NCBI GenBank assembly: GCA_905211955.1
Contig: CAJMCT010000001.1
Span: 1 to 40,374, forward strand
DNA from: an uncultured Eubacteriales bacterium
GTDB taxonomy: Bacteria; Bacillota; Clostridia; Christensenellales; Borkfalkiaceae
DNA: 40,374 bases
Reading direction: 5' to 3'
This document shows, in pieces, positions 1 through 9,402 of the stretch. The position numbers and the translations under genes are program-made. The stretch's first letter is position 1; each line of letters begins with the position of its first letter. The notes below the pieces were generated by a model. That model was given only the letters and a program-made list of their open reading frames with translations, made no database searches and was not told the DNA's origin.

Positions 1-269
1 TTACTCGCCAAATATGGTGGCTCTTTCGAGCTCTTCTACCTCTTTGTGCGGCATACTTGATTATAATAACAGGGAGATTTGGTTTCGTCAAGAGGTTTTG
101 CGAAAAAATTATAAAAAAAATAACTTCCGTAACACACACAAATCCTTAACTCATCACTTTAATTATTAGAGAAAATAAATATGTTATAACGCCACCCACA
201 ATCACCGCAAGTCTTACTATAATTTGGCTACGATTTTGGAGACTCTCACTTCGTGTTTTCGCAGTAAAA

Positions 270-2087
270 TTACAACTTGTTGTAGTACTCTTTAATTCTC
301 TGCGCCATCAATTTTCTTCTTTCGGGTAAGAATTTTTCAATATAATCATTATAATCCCAATTCACAATATCTAACGGAATGCAATTATCCTCTAAGTTCT
401 TATCCAACTCTTCTTTTGTCATAGGAACACCATAAACAGTTTGATTGTTTATCGCAGATTCATAAGCTGTCTTGAAATAAACGTTAGGTGATTTTTCTCC
501 AATTTGAATATTCACAGGCGTGTCTAAAAAAGTATAATTTGCCACCTGATTATAGATAGATTTATTATCTAAACCGCCAACCTTTTGCAAATAAGCTTTA
601 GGAAAAATGTGATGAACGTCACTTACTCCATACAAATCTCTTACATAGGAAGATGCGGAAAATAAACCTTTACTGTTAGAAACAATTTGAGAAGCAAAGA
701 AAGCTGATAATGCAGGCGCAGTTGGAACTGGAGAATCCAATTTCTGCACTAACCCAAACGACCAGAACGCATCTGACAATTCCGCATTTTCAATCTCTTC
801 TAAATATTTTATAACGCCCTTTTCATTGATATTTCTAATATCCAAATCCATCTTAGATTCGGGAGACGCACTATATCTCCCCGTTAAAATAGACATGGTA
901 AACCATTTCGCCACATAGCGTTTAATTTCATTTTTGTCAACTTCGTTTGACATTACTAATTTCAAATACACAACGTAAGCGAAATCAAGAGCATTTTGAG
1001 AGCTAATCAATTTGGAACTAACAAATCCTGCACTTTTGATCGCAAGAATAAATTGTTCAAAATAGTATTGTCTCATGAAATGTTTAATACCTGTCGAAAG
1101 TTTATTAAAAGAATCCTCTGCTATTTCTTCTTTATAATCCCTCGTTAAGAAATCCCGTCCAGAAAGCAAACTAACCAAATCTTTCAATTTACCTCTTGAA
1201 AACATATGTATAAACGAAACCCTTAACATATCCTCGTAAGAAGGATCGTAAATGGACGAATTATCATCTTTTAACCACGCCATTTCCTTACCAAAATCCG
1301 AACTTAAAAATTCAGGATCGGCTTCTTTTAATTTATGATAAAAACTCGGCTCTATCGCAATATGACAGAAATAATCGATAGCCTTTCTTAAGTTATTACC
1401 GCCAAATTTACTATCAGCCGCAATCTTACTCATGGCGAAATCTGCTTGACTCAAAACGGTGCCTTTTGAGTTAATCCTAATAAAGACGTCTGTTACAGTA
1501 TCTATATCCAACTCTGCTGACAACTCTATAACACCCAAATCTTTTTGTTTAATCGCTAATATAGATTGAATCTTTTGATTCATTTCCCTTTTTGTGATTT
1601 CATGATTTTCTTCACAATATTTCTCAATAAACTCAAAAGAATCAAAATCCGATTTGAAGAAAATCGATATATCTTCAATCCATTTTTTACTCTTTATATG
1701 AGATTGGTCTTGAACATCAAATATTTCTTCATCTTCTTTCGCGAAAGGATTATATGCAATTTTAATGACTCTTTCTTTATACTCTTCATCTAAAACAGTT
1801 ATCCCTAAAATAGAAGTCATTAAAGCCGTAACTCTTTGTTGTCCGTCAATAAGTATTCTTTGTCCTTTTGACAAAGAGCCATCTTTAAGCTTTACGTCAT
1901 GACTTCTACTCACAATAAGATAGCCAGTAGGATATCCTTTATATAAAGAATCAATTAAATCCCTAACTTGCTTCGCCTTCCACACAAAAGGTCTTTGGAT
2001 TTCAGGAATAACTACTTCTTTATTTTTAACCCAACTCAATATTGTTTCAACGCTATATTTATTAATGTCATATTTTTGCATAATCAC
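270..2087 (-). CDS. DUF262/DUF1524 protein, GmrSD-like type IV (modification-dependent) restriction endonuclease candidate
   Basis: N-terminal DUF262/ParB-like motifs (PEIQRPFVW, LIDGQQRVTAL). C-terminal His-Me/HNH-like DUF1524 motif (DVHHIFPKAYL). 605 aa. Function inferred from this domain architecture. Confidence 0.7.
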   Translation of the reverse strand: MIMQKYDINKYSVETILSWVKNKEVVIPEIQRPFVWKAKQVRDLIDSLYKGYPTGYLIVSRSHDVKLKDGSLSKGQRILIDGQQRVTALMTSILGITVLDEEYKERVIKIAYNPFAKEDEEIFDVQDQSHIKSKKWIEDISIFFKSDFDSFEFIEKYCEENHEITKREMNQKIQSILAIKQKDLGVIELSAELDIDTVTDVFIRINSKGTVLSQADFAMSKIAADSKFGGNNLRKAIDYFCHIAIEPSFYHKLKEADPEFLSSDFGKEMAWLKDDNSSIYDPSYEDMLRVSFIHMFSRGKLKDLVSLLSGRDFLTRDYKEEIAEDSFNKLSTGIKHFMRQYYFEQFILAIKSAGFVSSKLISSQNALDFAYVVYLKLVMSNEVDKNEIKRYVAKWFTMSILTGRYSASPESKMDLDIRNINEKGVIKYLEEIENAELSDAFWSFGLVQKLDSPVPTAPALSAFFASQIVSNSKGLFSASSYVRDLYGVSDVHHIFPKAYLQKVGGLDNKSIYNQVANYTFLDTPVNIQIGEKSPNVYFKTAYESAINNQTVYGVPMTKEELDKNLEDNCIPLDIVNWDYNDYIEKFLPERRKLMAQRIKEYYNKL

Positions 2088-2113
2088 TTCTCATTAAATA
2101 CATTTCCTTGTTT

Positions 2114-2572
2114 TCAATCTTCCAGCAACGCTAAAATTTCGTCGGCGTTGGTGTCGGGTTTTACTTTGGGCATAACCGCTTGTATAATGCCTTGCTCGTC
2201 AATCAAGAACGTCGTTCTCACAACGCCCATACTCACTTTGCCGTACAACTTTTTCTCTTGCCAAACGCCGTAGGCTTGAATTGTCGAAAGTTCACTATCC
2301 GAAAGCAAAACAAACGGCAAATTATATTTCGTCGCAAAATTCAAGTGCGAATTCACGCTATCTTTGCTGATACCGATAACCACCGCGTTTTTGTTTTCAA
2401 TTTCTTTGTTTTTGAGCGCAAACGCACAGGCTTGTCTTGTACAACCGGGCGTATTATCTTTCGGGTAAAAATATAAAACCACTTTCTTGCCGAGAAAATC
2501 GGACAACGAAACCATATTCCCATTTTTATCTTGCAACGTAAACTCAGGCGCTTTCATTCCAACTTCTAACAT
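2114..2572 (-). CDS. bcp: Thioredoxin-dependent thiol peroxidase (peroxiredoxin Bcp)
   Basis: 152 aa. Typical Bcp N-terminus APEFTL...GKKVVLYFYPKDNTPGCTRQAC with the peroxidatic Cys in PGCT. Confidence 0.85.
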   Translation of the reverse strand: MLEVGMKAPEFTLQDKNGNMVSLSDFLGKKVVLYFYPKDNTPGCTRQACAFALKNKEIENKNAVVIGISKDSVNSHLNFATKYNLPFVLLSDSELSTIQAYGVWQEKKLYGKVSMGVVRTTFLIDEQGIIQAVMPKVKPDTNADEILALLED

Positions 2573-2576
2573 TCTT

Positions 2577-2789
2577 TTATTCCTCTCTTTTCATTATTTC
2601 GTAGGCTTTTTTAATGAACTCTACTTTCGTCATACCTTTTTCGGTTAAAAAGGCATTGATTTCTTCAAACAACTCTCTTGGAATCATCGTTTGAAAATTC
2701 GCGTTTTTCTCTTTACGTAATTCTTTATTCTTTTCTTCGTACTTACGTCTCGCCACTCTTTTCGACGTATCTTCTTTACGAGTAACCAT
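2577..2789 (-). CDS. Small basic protein, putative ribbon-helix-helix-like DNA binder (paralog 1 of 3 in this window)
   Basis: 70 aa with an ATG start. It overlaps the NUDIX gene end by 14 nt and ends 4 nt before bcp. It shares the RRxYEExNKxxRK...TMIPRxLFxEINAFL...TKV core with ORFs 15132-15428 and 29248-29475. Confidence 0.6.
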   Translation of the reverse strand: MVTRKEDTSKRVARRKYEEKNKELRKEKNANFQTMIPRELFEEINAFLTEKGMTKVEFIKKAYEIMKREE

Positions 2790-3183
2790 TAACAGCTTTC
2801 TCCTTTATCTTTTTCAAAATTTCTTCATCTGCTGGGCAGAAATTGTAGTTAATAATTTCCGCTGGCGTTATCCATTTTATATCATTATGCTCGAGTTTTT
2901 GCGGAACGCCCTCGGCTATTATTGCATTAAATAACGTTAAATGCACGGTAATGTCGGGATATTCGTGGATAACTTCCATAAAAATATCCCCAACGCTAAT
3001 GATAATATTTAATTCTTCTTTGCACTCGCGAATTAAGGCTTGTTCTTTTGTTTCGCCTTTCTCGACCTTTCCGCCAACAAACTCCCAAAGGAGCGCTCTT
3101 GCTTTATATGCTGGTCTTTGGCAAATCAAAAACTTATCCTTATCCCATATAAGCGCAGCAACAACTTCTACCATAACACTCAC
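2776..3183 (-). CDS. NUDIX hydrolase (MutT-like)
   Basis: Nudix box GGKVEKGETKEQALIRECKEELNI. 135 aa. Confidence 0.85.
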   Translation of the reverse strand: MSVMVEVVAALIWDKDKFLICQRPAYKARALLWEFVGGKVEKGETKEQALIRECKEELNIIISVGDIFMEVIHEYPDITVHLTLFNAIIAEGVPQKLEHNDIKWITPAEIINYNFCPADEEILKKIKEKAVNGYS

Positions 3184-3280
3184 CTATTTCTATTATAACA
3201 TAACCAAATTTAAAATCTATTCCGCAGTAATAATAGTATTTTTCCGCAGTTGTCGAATTTAAGCCCTAAAAAGTATAATT

Positions 3281-3508
3281 TCACTTTATTCTTGCGTAAT
3301 ATTCGTGCAACTTTTTATCGCAAATTATAGAAATCTTTTCTTTTTCTTCATCGGAAAGTTTCTTCCAAACGGTTGAATCCACTTCTACAATTCCAAGCGT
3401 TTTGTTAATGGTGTTATGTAAAAAAGGCAACACGATAAAGCCGCAAAAAGCAATTGCGACTAAAATATGCCAAAATATATTAAAAATTTTCTTTAGCGTT
3501 TTCTTCAA
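3281..3508 (-). CDS. Small membrane protein, unknown function (last gene of the type III R-M operon)
   Basis: 75 aa. One hydrophobic helix (IFWHILVAIAFCGFIVLPFL). TTG start 5 nt after AAGGAG, which overlaps the res stop codon. Confidence 0.5.
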   Translation of the reverse strand: MKKTLKKIFNIFWHILVAIAFCGFIVLPFLHNTINKTLGIVEVDSTVWKKLSDEEKEKISIICDKKLHEYYARIK

Positions 3509-3517
3509 TGGTTCTCC

Positions 3518-6130
3518 TTATAAATCTTTAATAATGTTCAAGAATTTATCAAAAGACGTAGCGTCGGGGTTGCTTGCAATATCATTCTCGCTAACCATAT
3601 AATAACGGAACTTACTACCTGCTTGCGATTGCCACATCTTACCAAGTTCTGCTTTTTCACGGCTATCGTCGTTAGACGTTAAGTGTTCGCCTTTGGTTTC
3701 AATCATAACCACAAAACCACTATTTGTCATAACGATAAAGTCAGGATAATGGTTGATAAAACCGTTTATATAAAACTCGTGACGTTCAATATTTCTATGC
3801 CACCACTTAATATTAGGCATAGAAGAAACTTTTTCAATAACCTTGCGTTCAAAAGCGTTCATCGTTTGTTCTTCAGTATATAAAGACTTAGAAAGCAACG
3901 AGAACGTTTCGCCCGGATTGATTTCACTCTTTAACTTAAACGACGGAATGCAAACAATTTTACCCGTTTCAATTAAATGCTTAAATCTATCACGACGATA
4001 TTCATCAAGAAGTTTATTGATTTTGTCTTTAATTCTAATAGCAAAACCGTGAACGTTCTTTTCAAGCGCGGCAAGTTCGTCACCGTTCATATTTTCCACA
4101 ACACGGTCAATATAAACGGTCAATTCGCCACTTGAAACAATATCAAGTGTTTCAAGAATTTTCTTTATTTGATATTTACAGTTTCTCACACGGCTTTCGG
4201 GCGCTTGATTTTTAAACATTTCTTTGAAATATTCACTTTCAGCTTCAGCCATAAAACGATATTTCGGTTTTTCGTTTTTATTGACGTCAACTTCTGCAAC
4301 GCCTTCGGTTGCTGAACGGAAATCAATTTCAACGCTCTTATCTTTCAGCGTAAAACCGTCGGATAAAAATTCCTTACTTACAAGTTCTTTATAATCGCCA
4401 TCCAAGAAAGCAAATAAACTGTTCTCGGACTTATAATAGAACTGCGGAATTTCTAACGCCAAAGCTTCGTCTTTATATTCATCGTAAATTCTGTATGTAG
4501 TCACTTTACTTCTTACCTCCAACGGTAAATCACTTAACGGCTCCGTCTGAAGCGCTTTTAATTCTTCATCATAAATATCACTCTTAACTTCTGCACTTGC
4601 CAACATATCGTCAATAGCAGTAGAAGGCGTTTCCGTTTTTTGTCTTTCTTCGATAATTGCTTTAAGTGCCGAACTATCAAACTGCAAAAATTCTTCTTCA
4701 TCCACCGTAGGCGGTGTAAGCGTAATTTCTTGTTGTACAGGCTTCGGTGCAGGTTCAACGACAGGTTTTTCTTCTGCCACACGGTAATCTTTACTACTAA
4801 AGCCAGCATCGTTAAGTCCTTGAATTACTTTCGTAATCGTAGCGTGGAAATCGTTAGAACTTGTAAGCACGTAAGAAAGATTTAAGAATTTACTCGTATT
4901 TTGTTTTGTGTAAGGCAAACGCAAAACACGACCTAAAATTTGCTCTACGTCAACGGTAGAAGTTTTGTTTGCAAGCGTTGCTAAAATATATGCAAACGGG
5001 CAGTCCCAACCTTCTTTAAGCGCGTTAACCGTAATGATATACTTTATCTTGCAATCGGGCGACATTAAGTCTTTATCTTTAATTTCGTTTATTTCCGCCG
5101 TCTTAATTGCAATTTCTTCCGCAGGAATACCGTTTTCAATAAGAACTTCTTTTACTTTTTCAAAAGTCTTATTATCTTTTTCATTTTTTGGTTGTGCTTG
5201 GAATAAAACGATAGGACGTATATAACGAGCACCCGTATTCGTTTTAGCAAGTTCGTCTAAACGTTTTCGTAAATCAATCGCATCCGCAATAACTTCTCCC
5301 CAAGATGGACGATTGTAAACAATAACGGGAAGTTTAACCATATTTTCCGCTTTAAGTTGCGCTGCATCTACGTAAGAAATAATATTACTATTCTTTCTTG
5401 GTGTAGCGGTTAAGTCAAGAATAAAGCAAGGATTCAAGTTTTTAAGCATTTCTACACTTAATTCGCCCGTAGTGTGATGGCTTTCGTCAACGACCACAAC
5501 GGGGGAAAGTTGATTCAATACTTGAATAAGCGCAGTATCGTCAACACCTTCAATAAGGGTTTCAGGTGTAGAAATAAACTTGGTAAATTGTTGCAAATTG
5601 CCGTTTTCTTGATAAACCTTCCTACCTTCTTTGTTTTTAATACGGAAACTATCAAAACTCATTACCACAATAGAAAGTTGTTCGTTCACTGTGGTAGGGT
5701 TAAATTGTTGTCCGTCTAAAACTTGTTGTTTACTATAAACTTGAACTCTACCGTTAAAATCCGATTCAATTTTTTGCCTATACGGATGTGCAGGATTTGA
5801 TAAATTCTTTAACGTTTGCGTTAAAATTGCTTCAGAAGGGACAAGCCAAACGACGACTTTTACCTTTTTGCTTGGTAAGTTGCCGAAAATAGTTCTTAAC
5901 GAATTGCACGCCAAAAAGGTTTTACCGCCACCCGTAGGAACTTTGAAACAAACGTGCGGAGTATTTTCAATCGTGTTTTTGTATGTAGGAATAGCATCAA
6001 AACCGACCCTAACGCCTTTTTCTAACCAATAATCGTTGTAGGCTTTAACAACGCTATTCGTAGAGTTCAATAACTCACAATAACGGTTTAAATCACTTAT
6101 AACTTGTTTTTGAAAGTTTTTTAATTCCAT
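3518..6130 (-). CDS. res: Type III restriction enzyme Res subunit (SF2 helicase-nuclease)
   Basis: Walker A VPTGGGKTF, DEAH-type box VVVDESHH and later helicase motifs (TATP, QILGRVLR). It lies immediately downstream of mod, as in type III operons. Confidence 0.85.
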   Translation of the reverse strand: MELKNFQKQVISDLNRYCELLNSTNSVVKAYNDYWLEKGVRVGFDAIPTYKNTIENTPHVCFKVPTGGGKTFLACNSLRTIFGNLPSKKVKVVVWLVPSEAILTQTLKNLSNPAHPYRQKIESDFNGRVQVYSKQQVLDGQQFNPTTVNEQLSIVVMSFDSFRIKNKEGRKVYQENGNLQQFTKFISTPETLIEGVDDTALIQVLNQLSPVVVVDESHHTTGELSVEMLKNLNPCFILDLTATPRKNSNIISYVDAAQLKAENMVKLPVIVYNRPSWGEVIADAIDLRKRLDELAKTNTGARYIRPIVLFQAQPKNEKDNKTFEKVKEVLIENGIPAEEIAIKTAEINEIKDKDLMSPDCKIKYIITVNALKEGWDCPFAYILATLANKTSTVDVEQILGRVLRLPYTKQNTSKFLNLSYVLTSSNDFHATITKVIQGLNDAGFSSKDYRVAEEKPVVEPAPKPVQQEITLTPPTVDEEEFLQFDSSALKAIIEERQKTETPSTAIDDMLASAEVKSDIYDEELKALQTEPLSDLPLEVRSKVTTYRIYDEYKDEALALEIPQFYYKSENSLFAFLDGDYKELVSKEFLSDGFTLKDKSVEIDFRSATEGVAEVDVNKNEKPKYRFMAEAESEYFKEMFKNQAPESRVRNCKYQIKKILETLDIVSSGELTVYIDRVVENMNGDELAALEKNVHGFAIRIKDKINKLLDEYRRDRFKHLIETGKIVCIPSFKLKSEINPGETFSLLSKSLYTEEQTMNAFERKVIEKVSSMPNIKWWHRNIERHEFYINGFINHYPDFIVMTNSGFVVMIETKGEHLTSNDDSREKAELGKMWQSQAGSKFRYYMVSENDIASNPDATSFDKFLNIIKDL

Positions 6131-6141
6131 AATTTTACCTC

Positions 6142-7845
6142 TTAAAGCCTTGTGATATCACGTGGTATTTTCTTAAATACGATATTAAACTTTTCCATTA
6201 CTTCTTGCGCGAGAACGCATTTATCCGCGTAAATAATGTATTCCGTTGCTTTTGTGTTTATCGTTGATAAAAATTCGTGGTTAAGCGTAGTAATTTCGTC
6301 CTTTTTATAATAGAAGTAATATGCTGTATCGTTATTCTTACTTAACAGGTAAGGGTTATCCGCTCTATCCGTATCAAGTGGCTTTTTCGTTTCCATATAA
6401 TAAACGTATTTACGAATTTCTTCTTCGGGGACTTCTTCGTTTAGATTTTTATCATCCTTAAACAAAGGTTGTCCAAGTTCATAAAAGCTGAAATCACCGG
6501 GAATACCTGCAACTGCTTTATCGTTTTTACCATATCCGTTTATAACGCGCTTTACTCTTTCTGCGGTAATGGTATCCGCGTAATCCATCATTTCCACAAG
6601 GATAAACTTTCTATTTCCGCCATCTTTCTTATTTAGATTTAATACGGCGTGCGCCGTAGTTCCTGAACCACCAAAAGAGTCAAGAACTAATGCATTTTTA
6701 TTGTCAATCAAAGAAATTAGTATTTCTATTAACCCTTTGTTTTTAGGATTATTGAAAATAGTAGCAGTTGTTTCAAAAATATCCTTTAATTCTTGTCCTG
6801 CCGAAGTTGTTTTAACGTCTATTTTATAATCTATAACGTTTCCATTTGAATCGTAAGTTTGGTAATTTCTATTTGAAAGAATGCTTTTTATTCTAATGAA
6901 ACTACTAAAATTCTTCTCATAAATTTTTCCGTTCTTGAAATCCAACGCTTTATTTTCAAACAGTTCAACTATTTTTTCAGCAGTATAAGTGTTTTCTACG
7001 AAATTCTCTCCTGAATAGGAGTAATATCTCACATATCCTTTAGATATCAACTCGTTGTCTATTTCGTTTAACGATGTTTCTTTTTTTAATATCATATCAC
7101 ATTGTTCAGCGTTATAGTAAACAGTATAATGTTTTTTAGAGTTAAAATCTTCAACTATGTTATTAAATGAATTTTCACCGACTAGTACACGTTTGCCACT
7201 GTTATGAACTAAATTCCCATTTTCATCAACCGATAAATCTTTTTTATCTTTGGGAATATTCTCCAAGAAATAAGTATCTTTTTTGTTTTTAGCATATATA
7301 ACACAATAATCGTTGCTAATAGATATATAATCCGAGTTTTTTCTTCCTTTGGGGTTTATTTCAACGGAAAGATATCCTATAAAATTACTAGAGCCGAAAA
7401 TTTCATCACAACACAGTTTAAGGCTTGCCAACTCATTGTCATCAATACTAATAAAAATAACGCCTTTCGTTGAAAGCAATTTATGTAAGAGCTTTAATCT
7501 AGGATACATCATACACAGCCACTTATCGTGTCTTGATAAATCTTCGCCTTCTGCGCCAACCACTTCGCCAAGCCATTTCTTAATTCTTGGGTCATCCACA
7601 TTGTCGCTATATACCCATTGCCCCTCCTTTTTCCCAGTATTGTAGGGCGGGTCTATATAAATACAGTCAACACTTCCTTCATATTGGGGAAGAAGGGATT
7701 TAAGCGCAAGCAAATTGTCCCCGTGAATTATCATATTCTCGGAGTTTTCCGCATTAAACGTATATTTTTTATCAAGAATCCTAAACGGCACTTCTTGATG
7801 ATGATTTACAACCTTATCTTTTCCAATCCATTCTAACGTAGGCAT
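6142..7845 (-). CDS. mod: Type III R-M Mod DNA methyltransferase (beta-class N6A/N4C)
   Basis: Catalytic motif IV DCIYIDPPYNTG precedes the SAM motif I LDSFGGSGTTAHAV. I place the start at ATG 7845-7843 (MPTLEWIGKDK), which overlaps the upstream stop by 1 nt (TAATG). The ORF-track start at 7863 is a TTG. Confidence 0.85.
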   Translation of the reverse strand: MPTLEWIGKDKVVNHHQEVPFRILDKKYTFNAENSENMIIHGDNLLALKSLLPQYEGSVDCIYIDPPYNTGKKEGQWVYSDNVDDPRIKKWLGEVVGAEGEDLSRHDKWLCMMYPRLKLLHKLLSTKGVIFISIDDNELASLKLCCDEIFGSSNFIGYLSVEINPKGRKNSDYISISNDYCVIYAKNKKDTYFLENIPKDKKDLSVDENGNLVHNSGKRVLVGENSFNNIVEDFNSKKHYTVYYNAEQCDMILKKETSLNEIDNELISKGYVRYYSYSGENFVENTYTAEKIVELFENKALDFKNGKIYEKNFSSFIRIKSILSNRNYQTYDSNGNVIDYKIDVKTTSAGQELKDIFETTATIFNNPKNKGLIEILISLIDNKNALVLDSFGGSGTTAHAVLNLNKKDGGNRKFILVEMMDYADTITAERVKRVINGYGKNDKAVAGIPGDFSFYELGQPLFKDDKNLNEEVPEEEIRKYVYYMETKKPLDTDRADNPYLLSKNNDTAYYFYYKKDEITTLNHEFLSTINTKATEYIIYADKCVLAQEVMEKFNIVFKKIPRDITRL

Positions 7846-8396
7846 TATTGTTCTCCATTGCAAAACTCGTAGTTTTTATAATTTTTTTGTTCAATTAATT
7901 TCGTTTGTTGTCTATCGTTTTCGTCTTTATAAGACAACGACACTTTCGTGGAATTATATACTTTCTCTAAATCTTCTTTTTTTATCCATCCATATAATTC
8001 TATGCTAATAGCAGACTTTGCAGGAATATTTAATGCTTTTACATTTTTATGAATTTGCCAAGAAATGTTATATGACTTATCATAGGGAATATCTACAAGC
8101 TTTTCTTTGTTCTGTCCCTGAAAAACTATTTTTATGTCACGCATAATTTTTACGTTACTACTTGAATTGTAGATTTCAAGATTAATTTTATAATAAAAAT
8201 TATGTGAATTTTCTATTGACGTTGCTTCACACTCATCTTGTGTTTGGAACACTCCATTTATACCGTCTTTAACAAAAATAGAAATTTTTCCTTTCCGTGA
8301 TAAATTATTTAACAACCAACCAACAATCGTACCTAATATTGTGCCCATCACGCCTATAATAGCATCCGAATTATCGCATACCGTTTCCCAAAACAT
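7845..8396 (-). CDS. Hypothetical single-pass membrane protein, first gene of the type III R-M operon
   Basis: 183 aa. N-terminal TM helix (AIIGVMGTILGTIVGWLLNNL). Its stop overlaps the mod ATG. No recognisable domain. Confidence 0.55.
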   Translation of the reverse strand: MFWETVCDNSDAIIGVMGTILGTIVGWLLNNLSRKGKISIFVKDGINGVFQTQDECEATSIENSHNFYYKINLEIYNSSSNVKIMRDIKIVFQGQNKEKLVDIPYDKSYNISWQIHKNVKALNIPAKSAISIELYGWIKKEDLEKVYNSTKVSLSYKDENDRQQTKLIEQKNYKNYEFCNGEQ

Positions 8397-8466
8397 TATT
8401 TTTTCTCTCCTAAGTTTAATTCTACCACATAAAATATGACAAATTCAGTCATATTTAAAAAAGATT

Positions 8467-9402
8467 TTAATTTTCTCTAACGCGCCACAATGCGGCAGGG
8501 TGATTTTTCACGTTTGCGATAATCTCTTCATTGCTAAACAACAATTCAGGAGCGTAAACTTTTTCTTGTAGTTTAGATAAAAACTCTTTTTCGCCGTCCG
8601 TTAAAACAAGTAAATCCTTTACATAAGCTAAAACTTTTTCTTTTGCCTTTTCAATATCAAACTTATCGTCTTTGGATATAACGGGTTTTAATTGAGTTTT
8701 ATACTTCCTATAATCTAATCTTTCAACGTTTTTATAGTCTAACTCTTGAATATCATAGTCCCCACCGATAGCGTTATAAAATACAAGGCATTTTCTTAAA
8801 AGTTCGGTATCGTTTATAACGTTATTTTCTATCATAGCGTTAACGTCGTACAAATCTCTTGGCGTAGCGCGAGATAAAAGTGCGTTAATTTTACTTGCAT
8901 AGAGTTCAATAGTGTTTAAGGTTAAAACTTCAAAATCTTCTACTATACCCTTCGTTAAAATTTTCTTCTTTTCAAGCGGTAAAACGTGGCACCTATCCAA
9001 GAAGTTAATTTCAACCTTAATGTTGTCACGATTACCGGCGTTGTTAATGTAATTAAATAAGAATGACGTTAAAGCGAAATGGTCGCGAGAATCGGCAAGT
9101 GAATAGCCTTCTTGCCACATATAATCGGTTAGGCGCTTTTTGAACTTCTCTTTAATTTCAGGCAATTCTTCCCTATCGACGTTTACGATAAAGTCCAAAT
9201 CAATATCAACCGAAAGGCGTGGAAGTTCTACCGCCGTTAAATTTATTGCCGTACCACCTTTAAGAGCAAGTTTATCCTTAAAAACAACGTCGCTATTTAA
9301 GAATTTTAGGATTTCAGAAAGACGTAAAACCTTTTCCAAAGTATCTTTTATAAAGTTAGATTCTTGGGCAAGTCTTGTCAAGTATTGTCTTGAAAATTCC
9401 AT
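8467..9402 (-). CDS. abiEii: AbiEii/AbiGii-family nucleotidyltransferase toxin (type IV TA / abortive infection)
   Basis: NTase motifs LKGGTAINL and LSVDIDLDF. 311 aa. Its start overlaps the stop of the upstream AbiEi gene. Confidence 0.8.
   Translation of the reverse strand: MEFSRQYLTRLAQESNFIKDTLEKVLRLSEILKFLNSDVVFKDKLALKGGTAINLTAVELPRLSVDIDLDFIVNVDREELPEIKEKFKKRLTDYMWQEGYSLADSRDHFALTSFLFNYINNAGNRDNIKVEINFLDRCHVLPLEKKKILTKGIVEDFEVLTLNTIELYASKINALLSRATPRDLYDVNAMIENNVINDTELLRKCLVFYNAIGGDYDIQELDYKNVERLDYRKYKTQLKPVISKDDKFDIEKAKEKVLAYVKDLLVLTDGEKEFLSKLQEKVYAPELLFSNEEIIANVKNHPAALWRVREN

Noticed and set aside
1-54. A 17-codon minus-strand ORF (MPHKEVEELERATIFGE), or alternatively the tail of a plus-strand gene, at the left window edge.
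   Set aside because: It is too short, has no RBS, and either strand is possible. It cannot be supported from this window.
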